Source: Thecamonas trahens ATCC 50062 (lineage: Eukaryota; Protista; Apusomonadida). From it: a stretch of 64,000 nt of DNA. Under the pieces are notes generated by a model. The model was not told where the DNA came from, ran no database searches, and saw nothing but the letters and a program-made list of their open reading frames with translations. How positions within the stretch are numbered: the stretch's first letter is position 1; every line of letters starts with the position of its first letter. Below, in pieces: positions 1 through 9,470 of the stretch. The position numbers and the translations under genes were made by a program. The stretch is from positions 185,208 through 249,207 of the forward strand of contig NW_013657640.1 of the NCBI RefSeq assembly GCF_000142905.1. Reading direction: 5' to 3'.

Positions 1-480
1 CGCCAGCGAAGACGAGGCGTCGTCCTGGGTCAGCTTGTGCGGACCCGAGTCGCCGGTCCAGAGCACCGGAATGGGCACGCCGCCGTTGCCTGCCATCAGC
101 GCACGGCTCTCCACCGCCACAAAGTCTACAGCCGACTCGACCATGACCTTGGGGATGTCACAGTCGTACGAGCCCCAGAACTCGGCGATGTGGTCCTTCT
201 TGCCCACCCCGTGTCTATCGCCACCACCACCGACCGCAACCTCTTGGAACTCGTCGCCCACCGAAGCCTTGGGTCGGCAAAAGTGCTTTGTCTCGCACCC
301 GACGCAGTAGAGCGGCTCGTAGTGCAGATCGGTGACCTGCCAAAACACAAAGCCGTCGCCGGATCCGTCGCCGTCACTCGCACCTTCGGCCGCACCTGCC
401 GCGACCGCCACCACCACCGCCATCACCACCACCACCACCACCGTGGTTGTTGCTGCAGAAAGTCTCGGCACGGACACCAT
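1..480 (-). CDS. Acid sphingomyelinase-like metallophosphoesterase (SMPDL3/endopolyphosphatase family), 5' part; runs off the window
   Basis: Hand translation from ATG 480 (absent from the ORF track): hydrophobic signal VVVVVVMAVVVAVAA, then FWQVTDLHYEP...WGSYDCDIP...LWTGDSGPH, the DxH and GD motifs of ASM-like phosphodiesterases. Confidence 0.8.
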   Translation of the reverse strand, partial: MVSVPRLSAATTTVVVVVVMAVVVAVAAGAAEGASDGDGSGDGFVFWQVTDLHYEPLYCVGCETKHFCRPKASVGDEFQEVAVGGGGDRHGVGKKDHIAEFWGSYDCDIPKVMVESAVDFVAVESRALMAGNGGVPIPVLWTGDSGPHKLTQDDASSSLA

Positions 481-675
481 GACCAGTGGCACTATGTGCA
501 AGAGAAGTGTGTGTAAAGTGGGAGGGGGGAGGGGCGGGCGGACACGTACTCGACGCAACATGCTGCACGCCAAACAGCGACTGGTGTCCATTGGTGGCTA
601 CGCGGGGATGCGGGGATCGGCTGCTGTGGTCGTCGGTGACTGTGGTCGATTACTGCGGTTGGGCTCGGGCTGCGA

Positions 676-2311
676 TCAGTAGTATCGGGCGCTGCCGCTG
701 GTGGCAAACATGGAGGAGGCGCCGGCGTAGTGCGACGACGACGTTGAGTTCTGGCGCTGGAGCTCGCGCGAGACGTCCTCGATGCGGTAGTGCAGTGAGG
801 CCGACGAGTCGTCGATCCACTGCAGCGAGTTGAGGTGTGCGTTGAGGATCTGAACAATCTGGTTGATCGGGTTGTCGTCCTTGACACGCTCGGCGTGCGA
901 GGAGTTGAGCTTGGAGATCATTTCTGTGAGCGACCTGCCCATGTGCAAGAGCTGGACATTGAGGTTCTCCGCCAGAGTGTACGCCTGCTCACGCTCATGA
1001 TCGGCCGGCTGTCGGAACTCGCCACCGCTCTCGTGCTTGGCGATCTCGGCCTCGAGCTGGGTGAGGTTGTGCCTGAGATCGCTCTGCTGCGTGAGAATAA
1101 ACTCCAGGTTCGAGTTGAGCGAGTCCTGGGCAATCTTGACTCGCTGGACATCGTTGTGCAGGTTGGAGATCTTCTCGCCGTTGTCCACCACCACACGATC
1201 CCACTCGGAGATCTGGATCGCCTGGTTGGTAAACGTCTCCACACACTCGCGCAGCTCGGCCCGCCACAGATTGATGATCTCCTCCAGCGACTTGTCGCGG
1301 AGCTCGGGCGACACCGTTGGGTCCTTCTGTGCAGACGTGGCTGATGTACTGATGCCGCCGGCCTTGCCGCCCAGCGCAAACCCGGTCTTGGCCCCGCTGC
1401 TGCTACTCGCCGCAGCACCGTCTGTCTTTTTGCCGAGTGAGAAGCCACCGGTCTTGGCTCCGCCGCTCGCCGCCGCGCCATCCGTCTTCTTGCCGAGCGA
1501 GAAGCCGCCTGCCTTCGCTCCGCCGCTCGCCGCCGCGCCATCCGTCTTCTTGCCGAGCGAAAAGCCGCCTGCCTTCGCTCCGCCGCTCGCCGCCGCGCCA
1601 TCCGTCTTCTTGCCGAGCGAGAAGCCGCCTGCCTTGGCTCCGCCGCTCGCCGCTGCGCCATCCGTCTTCTTGCCGAGCGAGAAGCCGCCTGCCTTGGCTC
1701 CGCCGCTCGCCGCTGCGCCATCCGTCTTCTTGCCGAGCGAGAAGCCGCCTGTCTTGGCTCCGCCGCTCGCCGCCGCGCCACCCGTCTTCTTGCCGAGCGA
1801 GAAGCCACCCGCCTTGGCTCCGCCTCCAGCTGCCGCGCCGCCGGACTTTCCGAGCGAGAAGCCACCAGCCTTTGCACCGCCGCCGCCACCAGCCTTTGCA
1901 CCGCCCGGGAAAGCAAAGCCCTTGCCTCCTGTCTCTGACGCCTTTTTCACCGACGGCTCATTGGCCTTGGGCGCTGCGCCAAAGCTCTTGAGGCCGCCAC
2001 CGCCACCACCAGCGCCGCCGCCACCTCCACCGAGCTTGAACCCACCACCACCGGCCTTGAACCCGCCACCAGTCTTGCCGGTGCTCTTCCCAAACGAGAA
2101 CTTGGCAGCTGTGCGTATGTGTGGTGTGGGTGGGTGAGTGTATGTGGGGGTGCATGGGAGGCGGGAGGAGGGGAGGTCGCGCCATCAAGGCGACATGGGA
2201 GGAGAGGGTGGGGAAGCTGAGCAGGGGGAAGGAAAGGGGGGGGGGAAGGGGGGGGAAGGGGGGAAGGGGGGAAAGGGGGGAGGGGGGAGGGGGGAAGGGG
2301 GGCGTACACAT
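676..2311 (-). CDS. NUP62: Nucleoporin Nup62/Nsp1 (exons 2308-2311 and 676-2108)
   Basis: Nsp1_C coiled coil (LEEIINLW...QISEWDRVVVDNGEKI...ILNAHLNSLQWID) plus an FG-like repeat region. 4-nt first exon ATGT|GTACGC and acceptor CACAG give MSAKFSFGK. Confidence 0.9.
1420..1870 (-). repeat. 60-nt coding tandem repeat, about 7 copies, encoding KKTDGAAASGGAKAGGFSLG
   Basis: Near-identical 60-bp period visible over lines 1441-1800. Confidence 0.95.
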
Positions 2312-2537
2312 GGTCGCCGGAAGCAAAGAGCAGTGTGTGGTTTGGGGGTTGGCTTGGGCCTGGGCTGGGTAGTGTGGCGGCTGGCGGCTGGCGGCTGGCG
2401 GCTGGCGGCTGGGGTCGGATGGGGTGGGATGGGCGATGGCGGACAAGGCAAGAAGAGTGGCTGCGAAAGGTGATGACTCAGCTGGCATAACAAGCGGGAG
2501 TTTGCAGGAGGGGGAGAGAGAAGGACGTCAAGGTGAG

Positions 2538-3764
2538 CTAGTTTCGAGAGCTGCGCGAGCTCCGCGAGCCGCGTGAGCGATCAAAGCCGCCACTGCGGTT
2601 CACAGCGAAGCGATTGTCGGGACGGCGGTCGCGCCCGTTGCTTCCGCTGCGGCGGCCGTGGCTGCGTGACGAACCGGCGGAAGAAGCGTTGTTGTCGCGT
2701 TCGCGAGAGCGTGAGCGGTGGCGCTTGGGTTTGCGGGCAAACGAGCCGTCCGAGAAGGCCAGCATTTCCGAGGCCGAGATCTTGACGGCGCCGCCGACGA
2801 CGCCCGAGCTTGCGATGATGATGGAGACGCCGGGGCGGAGCGAGCCATCGGCCGAGCCGAGCGAGGCCACGTATTCGAGGCCGCGACGGCCATCGGAGAG
2901 GCGGCCAAAGACAACTTGACGCTTGTCGAGGGCAGGCGCAGGGGCGAGCGTCACCATGAACGCCGAGCCGTTGGCGTTCCTGCGGAACATGCGCGAGCTG
3001 AGATCGGCCGAGTCGCCAGAACGCCACGAGTTAGCGTTGACCATGGAAAGCAGGCCGGCTACCGAGTGCTTGAGGACAAATGACTCGTCGTCAAAGGTTG
3101 GGCCGTAGATCGACTCGCCGCACGGCGCCACAGTGGCGGCCTGCGCAACGGGATTGCTCGCGCCCGGAACAAACTTGCGGTGGATGTTCCCGCCCTGGAT
3201 CCACCGTCCAGGTACAGCTGCATCAACGCGGGTACCCTGGTAGTGGAGCCAGACGTCGGACAGCCGCGACCGCCGCATCTCGCCGGTGGCCAGCTTCACA
3301 AAGTTCTCCGCCGTCTTGGGCACCAGATCGGCATAGACCTCAAACTCGAGACGGACTGTCCGGGAGCTTGGCCTACGCGTCCCCCGCTCAGCCTCCTCCA
3401 CTACCAGCTCCAGCCAGACTCGCGGATTCTCCTCGTTGCTGTGGTACCGCGTCGTCCCGCTCCCGCTCGGCAGTCCCGGCACGGGCTTTCCTTCCTTGGC
3501 CGCCTTGACTGCAAACGCCACCGATGCCTCTACCCCGTACGCCGTCACATCGTCGACCTCTGCTACCGCTGCAGTCTCAGCCGCTGGCGCCATCGCTGTT
3601 TTCATCGCTGTCGTAGTCGTAGTCGTCGTCGTCGTCGTCGTCGTTGTCGTCGTCATCGCGCCGCCCTCCTCGTCGTCCAGTGCCGCAAGCTCTGCGTCCC
3701 AGTCGCGTGTGGGCTTGGCCTTTGCCTTGCCACGCTTGCGAGCCCTTGTGCCTGGAACGAACAT
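2538..3764 (-). CDS. Cyclophilin-like protein (PPIL6-like signature) with degenerate active site and R/S-rich tail
   Basis: VPKTAENF, WIQGG, GESIYGPTFDDESF, LSMVN, NGSAF, LDKRQVVFG; C-terminal RSRSRERD...RSSRSSR. Confidence 0.85.
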   Translation of the reverse strand: MFVPGTRARKRGKAKAKPTRDWDAELAALDDEEGGAMTTTTTTTTTTTTTTTAMKTAMAPAAETAAVAEVDDVTAYGVEASVAFAVKAAKEGKPVPGLPSGSGTTRYHSNEENPRVWLELVVEEAERGTRRPSSRTVRLEFEVYADLVPKTAENFVKLATGEMRRSRLSDVWLHYQGTRVDAAVPGRWIQGGNIHRKFVPGASNPVAQAATVAPCGESIYGPTFDDESFVLKHSVAGLLSMVNANSWRSGDSADLSSRMFRRNANGSAFMVTLAPAPALDKRQVVFGRLSDGRRGLEYVASLGSADGSLRPGVSIIIASSGVVGGAVKISASEMLAFSDGSFARKPKRHRSRSRERDNNASSAGSSRSHGRRSGSNGRDRRPDNRFAVNRSGGFDRSRGSRSSRSSRN

Positions 3765-3901
3765 GCTTCAGATGGGAGTGGGTGGGGTGTGGGGTGGGTG
3801 GGGTGGTGGGAGCGGGTGGCTGCGAGTCGCACTGACTTTGGCGCGAGGGGGAGAACAGGGAGGCGGGAGGGAGGGCATGAGAAAGAGGCAAGCATAGCCA
3901 C

Positions 3902-4188
3902 ATGACCACCATGTCTGGATCAACTGGTACTTGCGTATGTCATGTACACGAGTTGCAGAGTGATGGATGCTAGCAAAGGGGTAGGTGGATGACGGAGGGC
4001 TGCGATCACGCGCCTTGGACGAGCCATTACCGAGTTGATGCATCACCTAGAGGCATACATGGCCCGATGACCACCATGCCTGGGTCAACTGGTACTTGGG
4101 TATGTCATGTACACGAGGTGGATGACGGAGGGCTGCGATCACTCGGGAAGAGAGCCTTCGACGAGCCACTACCGAGTTGATGCATCAC
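3902..4188. repeat. Imperfect direct duplication (3902-4046 and 4067-4188) between the divergent cyclophilin and eIF5 genes
   Basis: Both copies read atgaccaccatgYctggRtcaactggtacttg...gtggatgacggagggctgcgatcac...cgagttgatgcatcac, with indels. Confidence 0.9.
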
Positions 4189-4337
4189 TCGACCAAGAAT
4201 TAATCGATGGCCCTGTTCAATTAACCATGGTTGCCATTATCGAGTGGGCGGCACTGGTACGGGCTAAGCGACGGGAGAGACGGCCACTTATCGCACCTTC
4301 ATGGGCTTCACGACGTGATTACGTAACACTAACAAAC

Positions 4338-5859
4338 ATGGTACGTATGCCCATGATTCCCTCCATCATCTCTGCTCCATACTTCCTCCTTATCTCCAAA
4401 TACCCCCATATCAGCCCCGCACCATGCCCAGTATGAGTTGGCTGGCCATAGCAGGCAAAATCTGCCGACAGAGGCGACGTGTTCCTTGCCCCCCTCCCCC
4501 CCCCCCCCCCCCCCCGCCCCTCCCACCACCACCACCACCACCACCACCACCAACAGAGAGAGAGACTCATGAGAAGAGGGGAGGGTACTGTAGTCTTCAA
4601 TCAACATTGGCGGTTCGTCCAAGGACGCGTCGTACCGGTACAAGATGCCCAAGCTCATTGCCAAGGTGGAAGGGCGTGGTAATGGGATCAAGACGCGCAT
4701 TGTGAACATGGCAGAGATCGCAAAGTGCCTCAAGGTGCCTCCGGCATATCCCACAAAGTGGTTCGGCTTTGAGCTGGGTGCACAGGCGCGGTGGACGGAG
4801 AAGACTCAAGCTGCCATTGTCAATGGTGCCTTTACTGCTGCTGATCTGCAGTCGACCCTTGATGCCTTTGTCCAGACGTTTGTCCTCTGCCCCAACTGTG
4901 GCCTGCCCGAGATCGACCTCTCGGTCAAGCGCAATGTGGTGATGGCTACGTGCTCGGCGTGCGGTAACCAGGCTTCCATTGGTGGGACCCACAAGCTCTC
5001 CAAGTACATTGTCAACAACCCGCCGCCCAAGTCAAAGAAGGGCGCGAGCAAGCAGGCTGCTGCTGCTGCCGCCGCCGCTGACGATGCGGACCCGTTTGCT
5101 GGCGACATCATCGACGTGACCAAGACCGAGGTTGCTGACGATGACGCCAACGTCGAGTGGTTCACCGACACCTCGGAGGCCGCGGTCCTCGACCGGCAGA
5201 AGGCGACCATCGGCGCCAACAAGCTGCTCGCCGACATCGGCGCCGTCACCATCGAGCGCGACATTGCCGACTCGGTCGCCGCCTTTGAGGCCTGGTACGC
5301 CGAGTCCGACCGCGACCTTGGCGAGATCGAAGCCTTCCTCGACGACCTCAAGTCAACGTACGCCCACAAGAACGCCGAGATTGTGGGCGCGTTCTGCGCT
5401 GTTGTCTGGGGCGACGACCTCTTCACCCAGCTCCCGCATTACGCCGAGATCATGAGCAAGTTTATCAACGGCACCTCGGAGCAAAAGGTTGTCCTCGGCT
5501 GGGTCGAGCGCGTGTGCGGCGAGACCCACCGCGATGCGCTCCTCAAGTACGTCGCCCACATCCTCAAGCACCTGTACGAGCTCGACCTCGTTGATGAGGA
5601 GGTCATGCTCAAGTGGGCCGGCAAGAAGAGCTCCAAGTTTGTGCTCAACAAGATCTCGGTCGAGGTCAAGACCGCAGGCGCCCAGTTCCTCGACTGGCTG
5701 GCCGAGGCCGATGACGAGTACTCGTACGAGGACGACGACGAGGACGACGGTGAGGACGCCGGCGCCTCGCAGGTCACCGAGCGCTTTGCCCGGGGCGCTG
5801 CTGCTGCCCCTGTCGCTGCCAACGACGACGACGATGACTTTGACATTGACGACATCTAG
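4338..5859 (+). CDS. EIF5: Translation initiation factor eIF5 (exons 4338-4340 and 4594-5859)
   Basis: ATG|GTACGT...TAG gives MSSINIGGSSKDASYRYKMP; KVEGRGNGIKT; CPNC...CSAC zinc finger; C-terminal W2 domain (FLDWLAEADDE). Confidence 0.95.
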
Positions 5860-6043
5860 ATATCTCGCTTCAGAGTAACACCTCCCGATCCCCCCTCGTC
5901 CACACCATCCCGCCGATCCCTCCGCCTGTCCGCCGACCCGAATGCCTCGCTGCTGCCGACCGCGCCAACTGCCACCACTTCACCGCCCTCTTCCCCCCCC
6001 TCCCACCCACCACACCCACCACCCACCCACCACACCCCTGGTC

Positions 6044-7060
6044 ATGCGACCCATGACGAGTGCTTCGGAACCCCGGGTGGTGAACGCGCTGACACGGCGG
6101 CTGATGGCGGCCCAAGCCCGGGTTCGGGAGCTGGAGAGCGAGGCAGCGGCGGCGGCGGCGGCAAGGGCGGCGGCCGAGGTCAGGGCCGAGGGCTCATCGA
6201 TGGACGCTATGGAGGCTCGGAAAGCGGCAGAGAAGGCAGGACACGAGGCTGAGGCCAAGATGGTTCATACGTTGCGCTCCCTGGAGGCCCAGCTGGCTGC
6301 CGCAGATGCGGCTACCTCTGCCCGGACCCACTCGCTCGCCGCTCTGGCGGCAAAGCTCGCCGATGCATTGGGCGTTGAGCGGCTTGGTGCGGCTGGCGGC
6401 GGCGAGACAGAGGCGCCCGAGTCTGATGTCGTGGACAATCATCTGGGCGCACTGGTGGCGGCAGCAGCGGCAAAGATCAGGTCGGCGGCTGCGGCTGGCG
6501 AAGCGAGCGTCGCAGGCGGAGCATCGGAGATGGCGGCAGAAAGCGGAGCGGCTGCAAGTGCAAGCGATGGGAGCGACGATGTGATGTCAAGGCTGCGGGC
6601 GGCGGCGGCGGAGAATGAGATGCTGCAAGTCGAACTGGTGCTGAGCCAGGAGGCTGCTATTCAGGCGCAGCGCGAGGCCAAGACGGCGCAGGCGGCGATG
6701 GACGAGATTACCTCTGAGCGCAACGCGCTCAAGCTCAAGCTGCGATCGATCCTCACTGACGATGGCCAGGGAAGCGAGGTGCTGACGACCAAATCGCAGC
6801 ACGGCGCAACCATCGAAGATCTCCGTGCCCGCGCCATGGCCCAGCGCAAGGCGTTCCAGGCCTCGCTCTCTGAGCGCGAGCGCGCGCTCATCGAGCTGCG
6901 GCAGACAACCACGGCGCAGCTTGACCGCAAGCACGCCCAGGTGGTCAAGCTCTCCTCACAGCTGGAAAAGGCCAAAAAGCGGATCCGTGAGATGTCGACC
7001 CAGCTGGCCAAGGCCAAGACCATCATCAAGGCTGCCAAGAAGAAGAAGAGCAGACAATAG
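6044..7060 (+). CDS. Hypothetical Ala/Glu/Lys-rich coiled-coil protein
   Basis: Long ORF with heptad character and a basic C-terminus; start codon uncertain (6044 or 6053). Confidence 0.65.
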   Translation: MRPMTSASEPRVVNALTRRLMAAQARVRELESEAAAAAAARAAAEVRAEGSSMDAMEARKAAEKAGHEAEAKMVHTLRSLEAQLAAADAATSARTHSLAALAAKLADALGVERLGAAGGGETEAPESDVVDNHLGALVAAAAAKIRSAAAAGEASVAGGASEMAAESGAAASASDGSDDVMSRLRAAAAENEMLQVELVLSQEAAIQAQREAKTAQAAMDEITSERNALKLKLRSILTDDGQGSEVLTTKSQHGATIEDLRARAMAQRKAFQASLSERERALIELRQTTTAQLDRKHAQVVKLSSQLEKAKKRIREMSTQLAKAKTIIKAAKKKKSRQ

Positions 7061-7064
7061 CGTG

Positions 7065-9140
7065 TTACTCGTCGTCGTCGTCGTCGCTGACAACCTCACC
7101 CTCCTCCAGCTCTTCGGTGGCAGCCAGGAACTCTGCTTCTGCAGCAGCCATGTCGTCGGCGTCGAGCTCGACATCCAGCTCGACGTCGAGCTCAGCGTCG
7201 GCCTCGGTCAGACCCTCGGGGATTTCGTCCATAGGCTCGAGCGCAGCATCCGCGTCGGCATCAGCGTCAGCGTCAGCGTCAGGGACCACGTCGGCGTCGG
7301 GGGCTGCCACGTCCATGTCTGCTGGTTCGGCCTCGGGGTCGGATTCAGCCTTTTGCTCGGCCTTCTGCTCTGCTGCTTTTGGCTTGGCCTCGGCCGTCTC
7401 GGTGACACCAGGCCAGAGCGGAGCGTCATCATCAAAGGAGAGGTGCGGGTTCTGCCAGCGAGCGGCGGCATCGTCGACGTCCGAGCCGAGGGCCGAGTAG
7501 ACCTCAAACGAGGCTTGCGAAGCAACACGCAGGGCCTTCCACATGTACTTGGGGTCATTCTTGCGCTTGTACTCGTCTTCGATGGCGTTTTCCGGGTCGG
7601 CATCGTCGACAATGGGTCGCATGATGACCTCCATAGACGGCGGGCGCTCGGCGTCCTCCAGCGGCGTCCAGTTGTCCTGAGCCTCGAGCAGATCGGCGAC
7701 TTGGGCGACGGGGTCCGGCGGCGGCGGGGCAAAGCGCGAGACCGGCTTGCGCTTCTTGGACGGCGCAGCAGCGGCCGCCGCCGCCGTCTCATCGGCGAGC
7801 TTGCGCTTGCGCGAGAGCGGGACGGCGGCGAGCTTGACGTCGCTGGTTGCGGGGCGCTCGTACGGCTTACACGAGTCGAACTTCCATGACAGCCAGGCGA
7901 GCTCGCGCTCCATGAGCTTGGTGACGACGGCGGCAAACACCTTGCCGTCGGGCGGAGTGGCGCGGATCTGGGCCATGGCCTCGGCGTGGAGCTCGTCGAG
8001 GGCGGCGTTCTGTGCGGACGAGAGCACGACCTGCTTCGTCTTTGTGGCAGCCACGCGCAGGCTCTGGATAAAGATAAGGTACTGCATCAGGATGTGCCGG
8101 CGGAAGAACGGGTCCGAGAGCTCGAGCGTGATGAGCCGCGATGAAGTGAGGAACTTGCAAAAGTGGGCCGAGATGCTATCGGTGTTGTTGCTTCCGGCCT
8201 CGGTCTCGAGCTCCATGCCGACCGGCGCGTCTGCGGCTGCGCGGCGGTAGACGGCGTCGTCGCTCTCGTGAAAAGGCTGAGTGGCAAAGGCCTTGAGGAC
8301 GAGCCGGGCGGTGTCGAGGAAGGTCGGCCAGGCGGATGGGGCGTCGTCGTCGTCGCCGGCCATCACCGCCGCCGGGTTCTTGAACGCCTCCTGCAGCGAC
8401 CAAAACGCGCGGTAGAAGCCAAAGTCGACAGGCGGGTCGTTTGGTCCGCGCTTGCCGCCAGCTTCGATCTGGACCTTCCAGGCAGCGGCGGCTTTGTCGT
8501 CGGCAGGCGGGGCTTCATCGAGCGCGGTGGTGTTGTCGACGTTGACCCGAGAAGTGAGGTTGACGCCCGAGCGCTCCGAGAGCGGAAAGGCCATGGCGAG
8601 GAACACGAGGATGCGTCCGCGGAACGCGTTGTCCTGAGCCCGCGAAAGCCTGCGGAGCATGTCGTTGCAGGCGCGAAGAAGAGCGAGGCCGGCCGACTTT
8701 GCCGCCCGATCGCCCTTCGGCCCGTCCAACAGGCGGCCGACCTGCGGCAGCGCGTCCTCCAGCCAAGCAAAGACCCGCTCGGCGTGCGGCACAACAAGAC
8801 CAGCGAGCACGTCGTCGATGAGAGTAAACAGTCCAGCGCCGTCCATCAGCGGCGTCTCTGCAGTAGCCAGGCCCGCGGCATCGTCCAGCAGCACCAGCAG
8901 CGGAGCAACGCCAGCGGCATCATCACCGGAACCAGGCTGCGAGCCAGCAGGCGACATTCCGACCTCTGCCAGCACTTCAGCCGCCCGCAATCGAAAAGCA
9001 GCAGCCACAGCATGGGCATCAGCCGCAGCCTCGGTCACTGTCAGAGTCAAAGCAGGGAGCGAGGGTGACGAGGCGAGGGCAGCCGCCACGGCGTGTGTGG
9101 CCGAGGCGTAGAGGGAGGTGGTGGTGGTGGTGGTGGACAT
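7065..9140 (-). CDS. THOC1: THO complex subunit 1 (Hpr1)
   Basis: LLRACNDMLRRLSRAQDNAFRGRILVFLAMAFPLSERSGVNL; KFLTSSRLITLELSDPFFRRHILMQYLI; YMWKALR. Confidence 0.9.
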   Translation of the reverse strand: MSTTTTTTSLYASATHAVAAALASSPSLPALTLTVTEAAADAHAVAAAFRLRAAEVLAEVGMSPAGSQPGSGDDAAGVAPLLVLLDDAAGLATAETPLMDGAGLFTLIDDVLAGLVVPHAERVFAWLEDALPQVGRLLDGPKGDRAAKSAGLALLRACNDMLRRLSRAQDNAFRGRILVFLAMAFPLSERSGVNLTSRVNVDNTTALDEAPPADDKAAAAWKVQIEAGGKRGPNDPPVDFGFYRAFWSLQEAFKNPAAVMAGDDDDAPSAWPTFLDTARLVLKAFATQPFHESDDAVYRRAAADAPVGMELETEAGSNNTDSISAHFCKFLTSSRLITLELSDPFFRRHILMQYLIFIQSLRVAATKTKQVVLSSAQNAALDELHAEAMAQIRATPPDGKVFAAVVTKLMERELAWLSWKFDSCKPYERPATSDVKLAAVPLSRKRKLADETAAAAAAAPSKKRKPVSRFAPPPPDPVAQVADLLEAQDNWTPLEDAERPPSMEVIMRPIVDDADPENAIEDEYKRKNDPKYMWKALRVASQASFEVYSALGSDVDDAAARWQNPHLSFDDDAPLWPGVTETAEAKPKAAEQKAEQKAESDPEAEPADMDVAAPDADVVPDADADADADADAALEPMDEIPEGLTEADAELDVELDVELDADDMAAAEAEFLAATEELEEGEVVSDDDDDE

Positions 9141-9207
9141 AGGAGGGGGGGAGGGGGGGAGGGGGGGAGGAAGGGTGGGGTGGGTGGTGGTGGGTGGGGT
9201 GTGGAGT

Positions 9208-9278
9208 GGGGGTGGTCGGGGTGGTCGGGGTGGTCGGGGTGGTCGGGGTGGTCGGGGCGGTCGGGGTGGTCGGGGGGG
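9208..9278. repeat. (GGGGTGGTC)n 9-mer repeat in the THOC1/WDR48 divergent intergenic region
   Basis: About 7 copies seen directly. Confidence 0.9.
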
Positions 9279-9470
9279 CTGTGTCGCACTGAGGTCGGTC
9301 GCCGGATAGGGGGGGAGGGGGGGAAGGGGGGAAGGGGGAGGGGGGAAGGGGCTACGCCAGACTCAATACCACACTCCACGCCACCCTCTACACCACCCAC
9401 CACCACCACCACCACCACCCACCACCACCACCACCCCACCACTGCTACTGCTGCTGCTGCTGCCACTGCC

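Noticed and set aside
1420-1870. 60-bp periodic array as CRISPR or satellite
   Set aside because: In-frame coding repeat of the Nup62 FG domain
3951-3984. GT...AG-like insert in copy 1 of the duplication as a mini-intron
   Set aside because: GT-AG removal does not exactly regenerate copy 2 (off by one G), and no ORF is supported
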